Positions 1 to 12,239 of a stretch of 64,000 nt of DNA are shown here, piece by piece. The position numbers and the translations under genes are program-made. Source of the DNA: the human T2T-CHM13v2.0 reference genome, Homo sapiens; NCBI RefSeq assembly GCF_009914755.1, contig NC_060938.1; one strand, 5' to 3'. Under the pieces are notes generated by a model, which worked only from the letters and a program-made list of their open reading frames with translations, was not told where the DNA came from and ran no database searches. How positions within the stretch are numbered: the first letter of the stretch is position 1; every line of letters starts with the position of its first letter.

Positions 1-604
1 AGTTAAGATGCAATAAATTAAAAGATGTGGTACTTATCTTTATGGTACATCCACTTTCACAGAAAAGAGGAAAAAAAAACTCTCTTGAAACAATCATAGA
101 ATGGCTATAAATCAACATAAAAATAAGAATGTGATAATTCAGCACAGAATATATAGCATAAAGCTGAAGAAATGGGGCTAAGATTAGGCATCAGAAACTT
201 GCCTGCTACAAAAGACTTTTGGATGTTCTATTTGAGTCTCTGAGGAGGAGACTGGCTCAGACCACCATCCAGGCCAGCAAAGAAGTGATAGCATGAGTAG
301 AGGTGGGCAGGTGGGAATGGTTGAGGACTATAGAAGAACAATGAGGAGATCTAATAACCTACACAGAGGGAGCAATAGAAAAGAAATTGAGGACCTAAGT
401 AGGAAAGTGAGAAAGGGAAGAGGTGAGGCAGTTAGAAAATGTAATCAATTGATACAAGACTTAAAATAATGCCATAATTGATATACAGTGCTATCTGGAG
501 CTACTGTGATAGGAACTGTGTGTAAAGAAGACTGCTTACAGCACTGTGCATAGTGGTTCAGACTATGGACACCTGTGGGATGTGTGAAATGTGCACATGT
601 CACC

Positions 605-699
605 ACTCCTGCCTCCCTCCCCCACTCCTGCCTCCCTCCCCTACTCCTGCCTCCCTCCCCTACTCCTGCCTCCCTCCCCCACTCCTGCCTCCCTCCCCC
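605..699. repeat. Minisatellite, 5 x 19 bp (ACTCCTGCCTCCCTCCCCY)
   Basis: Five consecutive units at 605, 624, 643, 662 and 681, differing only at the last base (C/T). Explains ORFs 445..720 and 591..776. Confidence 0.95.
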
Positions 700-2669
700 A
701 CAGCAGACATCAACAATCAACTAGGACTCTGATCTCAGATGCAACCTCAGAACCCTTCTCAAGACAGCACTCTTGACCTTCATATTTGATGATCAGAATG
801 GGCAAAAGATAAAAAGCAACTGCCACCTCAGACTCTTGAGTTAAAATATGTAACAGTTGTTAATGAAGCATCACCTAGTGCGTATGTTTTGCAGCTCTTA
901 GAGTCACTATGCGGAACTCATTCAGTTGCAAGAACTCCATTAGTATGTTGGCAGAGTCTGTCACAGAAATGCTTTTCAAGGGCATTATTTGAAGTATGAT
1001 ATGACATTGCCTCCCTTAAATATTTCTCAGGCTTTGCAAACTTAGAGGATAACTTTGCCAAATCTTGTAAGTTTTTGTTTCCCATTACTGATTTTTTTTT
1101 CACAAATAGTCATTAAACACTCATTTGTTAAAGGCTTAACACACTCCATTTTTCTGCCAAATTTATATTTGCACCCAAACTATGTTTCAGCAATTCAGAA
1201 TTAAATTAATGCAGTACATCCTATTTATCAATATGGCAGACCAGCTGCTGGAGGACAAGGGATGATTTACACCCGACTGTGAGTCTGTGTGTTTGTCTGT
1301 ACACGTGTGTGTGTGTATATACATCTTGCATAAACCTGTGAGCTCTTCCCTGGTATTTATTTCACACTGGAGAATTCCTGATAAAATAATCCTTTAAATA
1401 TCTTGACATGTGGTTTAAATCATCAAAGAGAAAAAAAAATTGTAAAAGCACATAGAGGGCACCCCAAAACACGTACATCTTACCAGTTAACTCCCTTTGT
1501 AGTCAATGTAAACCATGAGAGACAGTCATTTTGAGTCAGATCCGAACCTAAATATCTATTTTAAAGTATCTTACTAGTTTGAATTATGATAGGTGCTTCA
1601 ATTGAGGGTAATATGGTAAGAGCATTATACTTACATTGTGTGCTTATAATTAGAATATTTTCTGACAAAAGGTCAAAACTATTTTGAATGCCTGTGTTGT
1701 TGCTATGGGATTTGTTTGTCCTAAGGGTTGATAAACAGGAATAAGTAGGACCAATCATTTCAGATGCTTACTGTGTGACATTCCAGGGGTGTGGCATCAC
1801 ACAAAATAATAAGAATTAAATGGCAATTAAATCCAAAGTTCAGGAGTTTGTGGCCACAAAAGATGTTGGTACTTTTAGTGTTTTTGTAGCGCAAACATGA
1901 ACCCACTCAGTGTTGGACCTGGTGGGGCCTGGGAGGTAATCTACTAACCTCCTCATTTTACAGATGTGCACACCAAGCATCAGAGAGGGAGGAGGAATTG
2001 CTTATGGTCACTCAGTTTGTCCAGGGTTGTTACTGAAATCCATTATTTTTTGGTTTATAGCTCTATGTCTTTAGGCATTTACTTATTTTTGGTGTTTCCT
2101 CCATCCCTTTAAAAGCCTCACACTGGAAAATTCTGCAGTCATTGAAAAGTTGCACCTGTGTTGATAAAGATCATTCCTGGCTGTCAAGAAGGGCTAAGAA
2201 GTGGTGAAGACACTTGTATCTATTCCCTCCCTGGTGAGCTGGTTTACAGGGGCAGAGAATGGAGGGCCCCTTTACCAAGGCTGGAGCAAAGGAGGTTGGA
2301 GAAACCACATAACTTCTTTTTTCTCTGAAGTTTTCACTGCTCACTTGGAGTTGAGTCATGGAATGACCATTCTCGTTATGTCATCTGACATTGTTGATAA
2401 ATGTTGTCATTTTCTTTTTATGTGTGTTGTCGTGTTTATGCAGCATAGCAGGGATGACCACTGCAGAGCTAAAAGACTGGCATGCAGGAACCATGAGCCT
2501 TCCCCCGGCATCCCCAGGATAGGTTGACGGACTCAGGGGTCTGGTAGGCTGGCCAGGGCAAATCCAGGGAGATGACGTTTTGGTGCGTTTATTGTGATAA
2601 TGTTTCCTCCTGCCTATCACCTCCTCGTTTGTCTGGCAAACTGCTGTTCATCCTTCAATACTGAATGCT

Positions 2670-3284
2670 TGGTGGGAATATAAATTAGTACAACCTCTAC
2701 GGAAAACAGTATAGAGATTTCTTAAAGAGCTAAAAGTAGATCTACTACTTGACACAGCAATCCCACTACTGAGTATCTACCCAAAGTAAAAGGAGTCATT
2801 ACATAAAAAAAAAAAAAATGTTTATTGCAGCACAACTCACAATTGCAAAAATATGGAACCAACCAAAGTGCCCATCAACAGATGAGCGAACAAAGAAAAT
2901 GTGGTACATATACACCATGGAATACTACTCAGCCATAAAAAAGAATTAACTAATGTATTTTGCAGCAACTTGGATGGAGCTGGAGGCCATTTTTCTCAGT
3001 AAGTAAGTTAGGAATGGAAAACAAAATACTGTATGTTCTCACTTATTAATAGGAGCTAAGCTATCAATACACAAAGGCATGCAGAATGGTGTAATGGACA
3101 TTGGAGACTCAGAAGGCAGGGGTGGGTGGGGGTGAGTGATAAAAATCTACATACTAGGTATAATGTACACTACTTGGGTGATGTGTGCACTAAAATCTCA
3201 GACTTCACCACTATACAATTTATTCATGTAACAGAAAACCACTTGTACCACAAAAGCTATTGAAATAATTTTTTTTTTTAAAGA
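2670..3284 (+). mobile_element. 5'-truncated LINE-1 3' end (L1PB-like), inserted into an L2-like fragment
   Basis: ORF2 C-terminal and 3'UTR motifs (CAGCAATCCCACTACTG, CATGGAATACTACTCAGCCATAAAA, AAAAGCTATTGAAATAA). Degenerate TSD AATACTGAATGCT (2657-2669) / AAGACTGAGTACT (3285-3297). Confidence 0.9.
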
Positions 3285-3891
3285 AAGACTGAGTACTAAC
3301 ACCTCCTCTTTTTTCAATCCTTCCCAAGACCACCTTCCTCCCTTATCTCTCCTGTGTGTTCCTAGAGAGATGTATTTGAACTGAGGTATTTGGACTGGAT
3401 GGTTTCTGAGATCATTTCTGGTTTTTAAACATTTCCTGGTTCTCTAGCAATGCCTGCCTCCAGTGATTAAGCCCTCCAGCTGGTGACCAGCCTGGCACTG
3501 GTTTGAATCAGGATTGGGAGGAATTTGTTTTCTCAAGGCACATCTGCTGGGATGTGGGTTGCTTGAAGATGCCGGTCCCACACACCCAGAACACTGCCTG
3601 TCGAATGGCTCCACAGCTGGCCCAGGAGAACTGGAGTCGCTGTCTCCAACAGCTGTGCTCCTTCTTTGCCTTCTATAAACAGATGACCGATTGGGTTGGT
3701 AACTTCAGAGGCATACTTCTCTCCCCTCTCCCCTTTTCTTTTCATGAGATGTGTACTAACTGTAGCTGCTGCAAAATCTGGGAGCCACCCCTTCAACATT
3801 TTTCTTCTCTAGAAGGGAGAGTTTCTTAGGTATCCAGTGTTTGGATCTCTCACCCTGTCATCCTTCCCACCCTCCCCCACAACATCAAACA

Positions 3892-3932
3892 CTCTCTCCC
3901 TCTCTCTCTCTTTTTCTCTCTCTCTCTCTCTC
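3892..3932. repeat. (CT)n microsatellite
   Basis: Interrupted CT dinucleotide run. Confidence 0.9.
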
Positions 3933-4039
3933 TGAGGCATCTATAGTCTATAGTTACCTTTATAGTATAAATATTAGCTGGAGAATAGCTGAGTCATCTC
4001 CAGTTTAATTATATGTGATCTACTGGCTGAAGTCTACCT

Positions 4040-4262
4040 CTATCACATTCTATACACCTTTCTGCTTTATTTTTTCTTGTTAGTACTTACGTTAAACAGA
4101 CCATGGCCTGTATTTTGTATATATCGGCTCTTCACTTTCCACCATGAAGAGAATGTAAACTCCAGGGTACTGAAATTGTTTTGTTTGCTATTGTATCCTC
4201 AGAGCCTAGAAGCGTACCTGGCACATGGTAGATTTTCAATAAAAGATGTCAGATGAATGAAT
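4040..4262 (+). mobile_element. LINE-2 3' end
   Basis: CCTGGCACATGGTAG..TCAATAAA..GATGAATGAA, the typical L2 tail. Confidence 0.8.
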
Positions 4263-5283
4263 TATCAGTTTCCAGGAGCGAATTGTCTTGGACCCGCTAC
4301 TACATTCCTCTGTGCCTCAGCCAGGGTTGGGTGTGGGAAGGGAAGTGTGGCAAAAAGAGGCAAAAACTCCAGATAAACTGAGGATAGGGCTGACACTGAA
4401 GAATTTTGTTTCTTCCTTATTGGAACTCAGTGAGAAGATGGTCTTGCTGAGACTTTCAACTTAGTACAGCCATCTGCAGCTAGAAAAATGGCTGCTTGGG
4501 GGTTTTTATAAAGAAACTTGATGAGACAGGGCCCCTTAGTTTTCTGTGTCTTACAGTATGGAAATGACATGAAAGGGACCTCCATGTTCTTGCCTGCCTT
4601 GGTGAGACACAAAAGTCTTGAGAACCAAAGAGCCAGGATTAGGAGATTGTAAATGGCAGAGATTTCCACTTAGAGTCTGAGACAGGGACCAAGGGCTTCA
4701 GTAAAGGGTGTCATAGTTATGCCTCAAGAACCATTAGGGACCAACTGTACCTCTAGTCACAGGATAAGCCACTCAATTTCATGGAGAAGATCCACAGCCC
4801 TTGAGGTCCTTCCTTCCAATTCTCTACACAGCCATGCAACTTCTCCTTCACAGACACCATCTTGAGAGAAAAAGGATAAAGGAAGACATCCCAAGAAGAA
4901 ATAATCAGCCCTGCTCCAGATTTCAAACTTTGAATTGCCTGAATATTTAACCCACTTAAGACAGAATGAGACCAAGAAGGGGCTGAGATAACTTTCATTG
5001 GCATATACGATTTTTTTTCTTTTCCCATTATTGGCATATGGGGAACATGAGATCCACTGTAGCTAATGTGTTTAAAAAGCATGTCCAATAATACCTTTTT
5101 AAAAGCATGTCTAAGCACAGGTTAAGCTTAAGCTATCCCTCCTCCTTCCCTGCCGTCATCAGTTCCTATGATGTTTTAGGAAAAGATTCAATGAGTAGAA
5201 AACAGGATCAACAAGCCTAGACCTGCAAATTGCACAGGAAGACAGTTTCACAGTCTTGGAAACTTAGACACCACTCTTAGCCC

Positions 5284-5297
5284 CCAGCAGAGGGCAG
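5284..5297 (+). promoter_or_regulatory. Candidate CTCF binding site
   Basis: CCAGCAGAGGGCAG matches the core consensus CCASYAGRKGGCRS at all positions. Binding not demonstrated. Confidence 0.5.
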
Positions 5298-6649
5298 GCT
5301 CTCTTTCTGTCTTTGAGTGTCAGGGGTGTCTAGCACCATCCTCTGCTCCAGGGACCATTGCCTGGGGACTGTTTTTTTTTGGACCCTCTCTGATGCACAC
5401 TCTATAGATTTAAGTCCTCAGAGCAGATGGTCTAGCCCATCCCATGAGCCCTTAGCCTCTCCTGCAAATCTATCATTGCTCAGGGACACAGAGAAAATGC
5501 ACTCCTCTGGGTACACTTCCATTCTGTTTGGTTCTTAATGTATCATGGTGATAACCTTATTATCTTAACACCCAAAGCCAAAATTATCCTTGGTTGCTTT
5601 GTGTAGGAGAACATTTGCTAAACTCTCAGGGGTAAATACTGAGAAGTGTGGGTTAGCTGTATAAAGGGCAAGCAGGGAGATAGATGGCTGGCTGTGTTCT
5701 TGAACTGAATAGGGCTGTGGGTTGAGGAGATGGGATGAGAGGTGGGGGAAGGGTAAGCAGCTCTGTGGAGTGATGCAGGACTTTGAAGAACAGTGATGTA
5801 CATTTTATGTTTATGGACTGAAACACACCCACACAAAACTTTTTGTGAGCATTTCTGCTTTTGCTTCTTTGGTATAGAAATAATGAAAGGTAGCTGATTT
5901 CCCTTTCTGGATTGGAAGATGAGAAGATGATCCAAAACCAGAAGGAGTTCTGCAGGTGACTGTGAGAACATAAGAAACCCAGAAATTCACAGAAATCTTG
6001 ATGTTTCTTCAAATAGTGGAATAGGAGTTTCAAGATAATTGTATCTAGATTGCAGACCGACATCTGGATTACATTAATTGAAAGTCACGGCCAAACCTAA
6101 TATCTTTCCATCCTCTCTCTTTGCATCTCAGTGAGCTCTTGTTTCTGAGGCATTTTAAGTTTTCATTCCTTAGGTGAAGCTGTTTTCTATTCTCTTCAGA
6201 AAACATGGAGGAGAGCAGAAGGGCCCATATTCTCTATTTGGGTTTCTTATTTCCAGGGTGGAGCCACTGACCAGTTCAAAGAACGCTACATGAGAAACAG
6301 AAAATTCTCAACACAGGTCCCTATCAAAATGACATTTTATTGATTTGGCAGTGAAGATATTATGTGTGCAAATATTGAAAGAATTCTTAAATGGAAGAGA
6401 CTGAGAAGTATGATTTTAAATCTGGCTGTCCTTGCCTCATTCAATATAGGTCTGTTGCACACCCACATCAGTGTCTGGGCACCCAGATTGCTGCAGATTT
6501 CATTTTCTCTGCAGCAAAACACCATTGTTCTTGTCCCTCTGAAGCCAGTATCTTGCATTCCACAAACCTTCCACTATGCCACACTGCATCAGTGGTGCTA
6601 ATGGCCTTTAGCATCACTGTGCTATAGTAGTTTTTTATGTAGAAACAAA

Positions 6650-7150
6650 TAAAATTTAGATCCCTTAGAAATAAAAGGAATGATTTTTTGACTCCTATGG
6701 TGGAATAGGCATGGGGTAGAGGCCTGCCTCAGGCCTGCTGGATCTAAGGGCTCCTATGACACTGTTAGGGCCAATCTTGCTTTGTATCTCTTGGTCACTT
6801 GATTGTCAGGTGATGAACAAGAGGACTACTCGAAGGCAGACTCATATTGTATCTATGTAGAAACTCTAGGGTGAGAAGAAAGTCTTTTTGATAGGTTTTG
6901 CAGATCAGTCTCAGGGAGGAATATGATCAGCTTGGTATGCAATGATTATTTCCTATGGCTGAGCCCATCGCTGTAGCCAGGTCATGGAAGAGTCTGATTG
7001 GCCAGGGCTGGATCATGTGCCTGGTCCTGTGGTCAATAAGGATGGGCCAGCTCCACCGGGACCAGGAGAAATCAGTTCCCCATAACAAAAATAGATTCTG
7101 GTGGCAAAGGGGGAAGGGAGTGCAATAGGTACAATCAGCAGATATCTACT
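6650..7150 (-). mobile_element. Old MaLR LTR (MLT1K/L-like)
   Basis: CTGATTGGCCAGGGCTGGATCATGTGCC and GGATCTAAGGGCTC resemble MLT1 LTRs in reverse. Highly diverged. Confidence 0.6.
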
Positions 7151-8079
7151 TCCTACAGAAGAGTTAGAACTCAGAGGTACTGTGGTTTGACAGGCTAGGA
7201 AATGAGACCCAATTTGCTCTAGGGGAGGGGAAGCCTGTAAGGTGTGTTTGTGAGGGAAAGCCATTGTAGATACAACAACATAGTCTCTGACTACAGGAAT
7301 TTTATGGCACAGATACATAATTATATAAGGAGGTGACTGCTATTAAAAGAACCAGTCTGAAGAAATATACATTTAAAACGTAAAGATATAATTTACATGA
7401 GTTAAATAAATGTTAAGAATAGCTGAGGTGAAAGAATTTGGGTTAGGTTGTTTATACTTAGAGTTCATATGAGAATGCACATTAAAAATCCCATCAAAAT
7501 ATTCTTTCTCATTTGCTTACATATTTATCTTCCTATTTCATCACTGTCTATAACTTGTCTATTGTCTATTGATAGGAAACACCCACTCACTCACACACAC
7601 ACACTCTTCCAAGCTTGGTGGAGTTATTTAGCAGCCTGCTCACAGATCTGTAAATCAGACAGTTGGCCCAGCTGGTTTAGAGTATGATATAAATTAATCC
7701 TCCACTAAAATATATTAGATACTTATGCTGGTACACACAGGTGCCAGTGGAAAGCTGTCCTCCCAGGAGTTGTGAAATTGCAACAAAAAGTCAAGGAAAG
7801 AGAAGATGAGACACACAGACACCTTATTAGTCTAATGTAGCTTGGGCCTTCTGGCTTCATAAATGAATTTCTTGTGGCAGATAGAGAAGATCTGTCATTT
7901 AAACAACCAAAGCAGATAGCACACTCAGAATCACTCACCCAGCTTCAGAAATCTGAGGCATGGAGTCTGCCTGCTTTGTTTTTGATTTCCAAGAGATACT
8001 AGTTTAAATGTTCAAATTTTATTTGCCTAGCATCCCAGAAGAAGGTAGCACAAAATGAAGTTTCCACTACAATACTTTA

Positions 8080-9580
8080 CTGTGGATTTTTAATGGTGAA
8101 ATATATCATAAATACAACTGTTTAAAGTATATGTACAATTTAAACAGTGGTATATCCAACACCTAGCTTAAGACATAAAATATTACCAGTAATTAGACAC
8201 ATATTATGTGCCCCTCACAAAAAACATCTTCCACTCTCTCCACCAAGAGGTAACCATGGTTCTCAACTTTGTGTTAGTCATTCTTTTGCTTCTCTTCAGA
8301 GTTTTATTGCCTATTTATCATCCCTAAGCAGTATATCATTTAATTTTGCCTATTTATGACTTTTAAATATGCAAGATAATACTGAATATATTCCTCTGAG
8401 ACTTGCTTATTCTGCTTGACATTGATTTGAGATTTATTTATGTTGATGTGGGTAGCTATGGCTCATTCATTTTTCACTACTGTATAGTAGTCCATTGTCT
8501 GAATATGCAACAATATATTTATCTCTTCTATTGCTGAACATTCTACCATTTGAGACTATGTTGCTGTGAACACTCTTATCTCCTGGCACATGTGTTCAAG
8601 CATTTTTCTTGTAGTTGTTGAGTCATGTTAATTGTGTTTACTCTCCTTTAAAATAAAGACAGGCATTCTCAGAGTTAACCATTCTGAATCAATTTTCCCA
8701 GGCCCACAAGGGGCTTTTTTATGTCTGCTTATATTTTCTCTTCTTTTCATAAAGTATTGTTTTTCTTCTTCAGGGACTCCAATTTTCCTGGCTCTTACTT
8801 GCCAGTCTTCTATTTCAACCACTTTCTCTCTGACCCATTTTTACTTCTTTATTGTCTCATTTTTATTATCTTTCTTATTTTCCTGCCTTTCTGCATTTGA
8901 ATCTACTTTACTTTGGGCAGCTTGTAATTTATTCTCCATTTCTGATGAGGTTTTTCTTTTTATTTTCTTCAACTTTTTTCTTGCATTAAATTAAATCTTG
9001 TCTCTTTCTTCCTCTTTTTGTACAATTTCTATTCACAGTTTTTGAATTTCTAATGTTATGTGTTTTTTAATACTCCAAATAAATGTTTGAGGGTATGTAG
9101 TTTTATTTGGAGTGTCGTGTTACAATTTTCTTCAGATTTGGAGTTTTTTGGGAATATTTTTATCAGGTGAAATATGTTTATTTGCATTTAAAAAAATTTT
9201 AGTAGCTTTGAATAGCGGAGTTCTGATTTCTACTAATTTTAGGTATTTTATAGAGGTTCCTGGTTTGAAATTATTCTCTTCTGTCAGTATAGTAAAATGC
9301 AGTTTTTAAATGAATGGCATCTTTGTGGTGGTTGGGAAGTGGAGCTGTTGGCATGTCTTCTGATTCTCTTTTATTTGTGCAGAATCACTACTTTTCCTCT
9401 CTTACTTCTTTTCTTTCACCTCCACATCTCAGAATGATGCTTCCCTCTCTCGATTTATCTTTGTAATCTTCCAAACATTTTTTTGTCTTCAAGACTGCCA
9501 TGTCCAGTTTTGCCAAGTCCCCTGTAAGTAGTGCTGTGATCTACAAAGTTTCAGACTTGTCTTTATCATTTTAGTTCTTA
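8080..9580 (-). mobile_element. Ancient L1 (L1ME/HAL1-type) fragments
   Basis: T-rich strand with reverse L1M motifs (TTCATTTTCACTACTGTATAGTAGTCCATTG, TTGCTGTGAACACTCTT), followed by an ORF1-like T-rich region. Interrupted by the THE1 provirus. Confidence 0.65.
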
Positions 9581-9585
9581 GTATT

Positions 9586-11901
9586 TGATAGGGTTTGGTT
9601 CTGTATCCCCACCCAAACCTCATCTTGAATTGTAATCTGAATTGATATCCCCACACGTTGGGGGAGGGGGTTAGATCATAAGGGTGGATCCCCCATGTTC
9701 TTCTCACGATAGTGAGTGAGTTCTCATGAGATCCGATGGTTTTATAAGGGGCTTTCCCCCACTTTGCTCTGCACTTCTCTCTCCTGCCACCATGTGAAGA
9801 AGGATGTGTTTGCTTCCCCTTCTGCCATGATTGTAAGTTTCCTGAGGCTTCCCCAGCCATGCAGAACTGTCAGTCAATTAACCTCTTTCCTTTATAAATT
9901 ACCCAGTTTGGGGTATTTCTTCATAGCAGCATGAGAATGGACTGACACAGTAAATTGGTACTGTAGAGAGTGGGGTGCTGCTATAAAGATATCCAAAAAT
10001 GTGGAAGCAACTTTGGAACTGGGTAACAGGCAGAGATTGGAACAGTTTGGAGGGCTCAGAAGAAGACAGGAAAATGTGGGAAAGTTTGGAACTTCCTAGA
10101 GACTTGGAGAGCTCAGAAGACAGGAAGATGTGGAAAGTTTGGAACTTCCTACAGACTTGTTGAGTGGCTTTGACCAAAATGCTGATAGTGATATGGACAC
10201 TGAAGTCCAGGCTGAGGTGGTCTCAGATGGAGATGAGAAACTTCTTGGGAACTAGAATAAAGGTGATTCCTGCTATGCTTTAGCAAAGAGACTGGCAGCA
10301 TTTTGCCCCTGCCTTAGAGATGTGTAGGACTTTGAGCTTGAGAGAGACAATTTAGGGTATCTGGTGGAAAAAATTTCTAAGCAACAAAGTGTTCAAGAGG
10401 AAGCAGAGTGTATAAGCTTGGAAAATTTGCAACCCGATGATGTGATAGAAAAGAAAAACCCATTTTCGGGGGAGAAATTCAAGCTAGCTGCAGACGTTTG
10501 CATAAGTAATGAGAAGCCAAATGTTAATCACCAAGGCAATGGGGAAAATGTCTCCAGGGCATGTCGTGACAGCCCCTCTCATCACAGGCCTGGAGGCCTA
10601 GGAGGGAAAAATGGTTTCATGGGCCAGGTCCAGGGCCCCCCTGCTGAGTGCAGCCTTAGAACTTGGTGCCCTGCATCCCAGCTGTTCCAGCTGTGGCTAA
10701 AAGGAGCCAAGCTACAGATCAGGCTGTGGCTTCAGAGGGTGCAAGCCCCAAGCCTTGGCAGCTTCCACATGGTATTGGTCCTGCAGGTGTTTAGAAGGTA
10801 AGGATTGAGGTTTGGGAACCTCCACCTGGATTTCACATGATGTATGGAAATGCCTGGATGTCCAAGCAGAAGTTTGCTGCAGTGGTGGCACCCTCATGGA
10901 GAACCTCTGCTAGGGCAATGTGGAAGGGAAATATGGGATTCGAGCCTCCACACAGAGTCCACACTGGGGCTTTGCCTACTGGAGCTGTCAGAAGAGGGCC
11001 ACTATCCTCCAGACCCCAGAATGGTAGATCCACAAACAGCTTGCACCATGCACCTGGAAAAGCTGCAGACACTCAACAGCAAGCCATGAAAGCATCTGGG
11101 AGGGGAGCTGTATCCTGCAAAGCCACAGGGCTGGAGCTGCTGAAGGCTGTGGGAGCCTACCTCTTGCATCAGCATGATCTGGATGTGAGACATGGAGTCA
11201 AAGGAAATTATTTCAGAGCTTTAAGACTTAATTACTACCTCATTGGATTTTAGTCTTGCATGGGGCCTGGAGTCCCTTTGTTTTGGCCAATTTCTCCCAT
11301 TTGGAATCGGTGTATTTACCCAATGCCTGTACCCCCATTGTATCTATTAATAGGAAATAATTAATCTGCTTTTGATTTTACAGGATCATAGGTGGAAGGG
11401 ACTTGACTTTTCTCAGATGAGGCTATGGACAAATGAGTTAAGGCTTTGCGGAACTGTTGAGAAGGCATAATTGTGTTTTGAAATGTCAGAAAGACAAGAT
11501 TTAGAAGGGTCTAAGGGCAGAATGATATGGTCTGGCTCTGTGTCCACACCCAAATCTCATCTTGAATTGTAATCTGAATTGTAATCCCCACGTGTTGGGG
11601 GAGGGACCTCGTGGGAGGTGATTAGATCGTGGGGGCAGTTCTCTCATGCTGTTCTTATGATAGTGAGTGAGTTCTCATGAGATCTGATGGTTTTACAAGG
11701 GGCTTTTCCTCCCTTTGCTCTGCACTTCTCTCTCCTGCTGTTATGTGAAGAAGTATGTGTTTGCTTCCTCTTCCGCAATGATTGTAAGTTTCCTGAGGCC
11801 TCCCCAGCCATGCGGAAATGTGAGTAAATTAAACCTGTTTTCTTTCTAAATTACCCAGTCTTGGGTATTTCTTCATAGCAGTATGAGCACAGACTAATAC
11901 A
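9586..11901 (+). mobile_element. Full-length ERVL-MaLR provirus (THE1D-like): 5'LTR 9586-9949, internal 9950-11522, 3'LTR 11523-11901
   Basis: Two homologous TG..CA LTRs, internal region starting GTAAATTGGTAC, purine-rich tract before the 3'LTR, TSD GTATT/GCATT. ORFs 10364..10801 and 10837..11253 are remnants of the MaLR internal ORF. Confidence 0.95.
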
Positions 11902-12239
11902 GCATTGGACCTTCTCTTTTGGGGAGTGATTTTGCCTGTGACTTGTCTATGATCTCTACTTATCTTTTCTCTTTTCCATGGAGTATCTTAGGACTGCCCT
12001 CCCACTATTCCTTACATCAATCATCTTGTAGTGGCAGCAGGAAATCTAATAATACCTCTGTTGGAATATAGTATTTTCTCCTCTACTTTTAAGTAATTTT
12101 AAGTTTGGAGTATTCTGTCTCCTGGGTCATGTATGGTTTATTTGTTCTTTTTGATCTTGTGATTTTTGGGAGGAGGGATGCACGAATTTACATTTAAGCA
12201 CTGCCATTATTCTGGTGCCTATCAGAATTCCTGTGTATA

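Noticed and set aside
445-776. ORFs with repeated peptides (GRQEWGREAG / LLPPSPTPASL)
   Set aside because: Translations of the 19-bp minisatellite.
10050-10160. ~50-bp tandem duplication in the THE1 internal region
   Set aside because: As I recall it is a common feature of THE1C/D and MSTA internal sequences, so not locus-specific.
10364-11253. 145-aa and 138-aa ORFs as a domesticated gene
   Set aside because: Frameshifted fragments of the MaLR internal ORF, with no sign of preservation.
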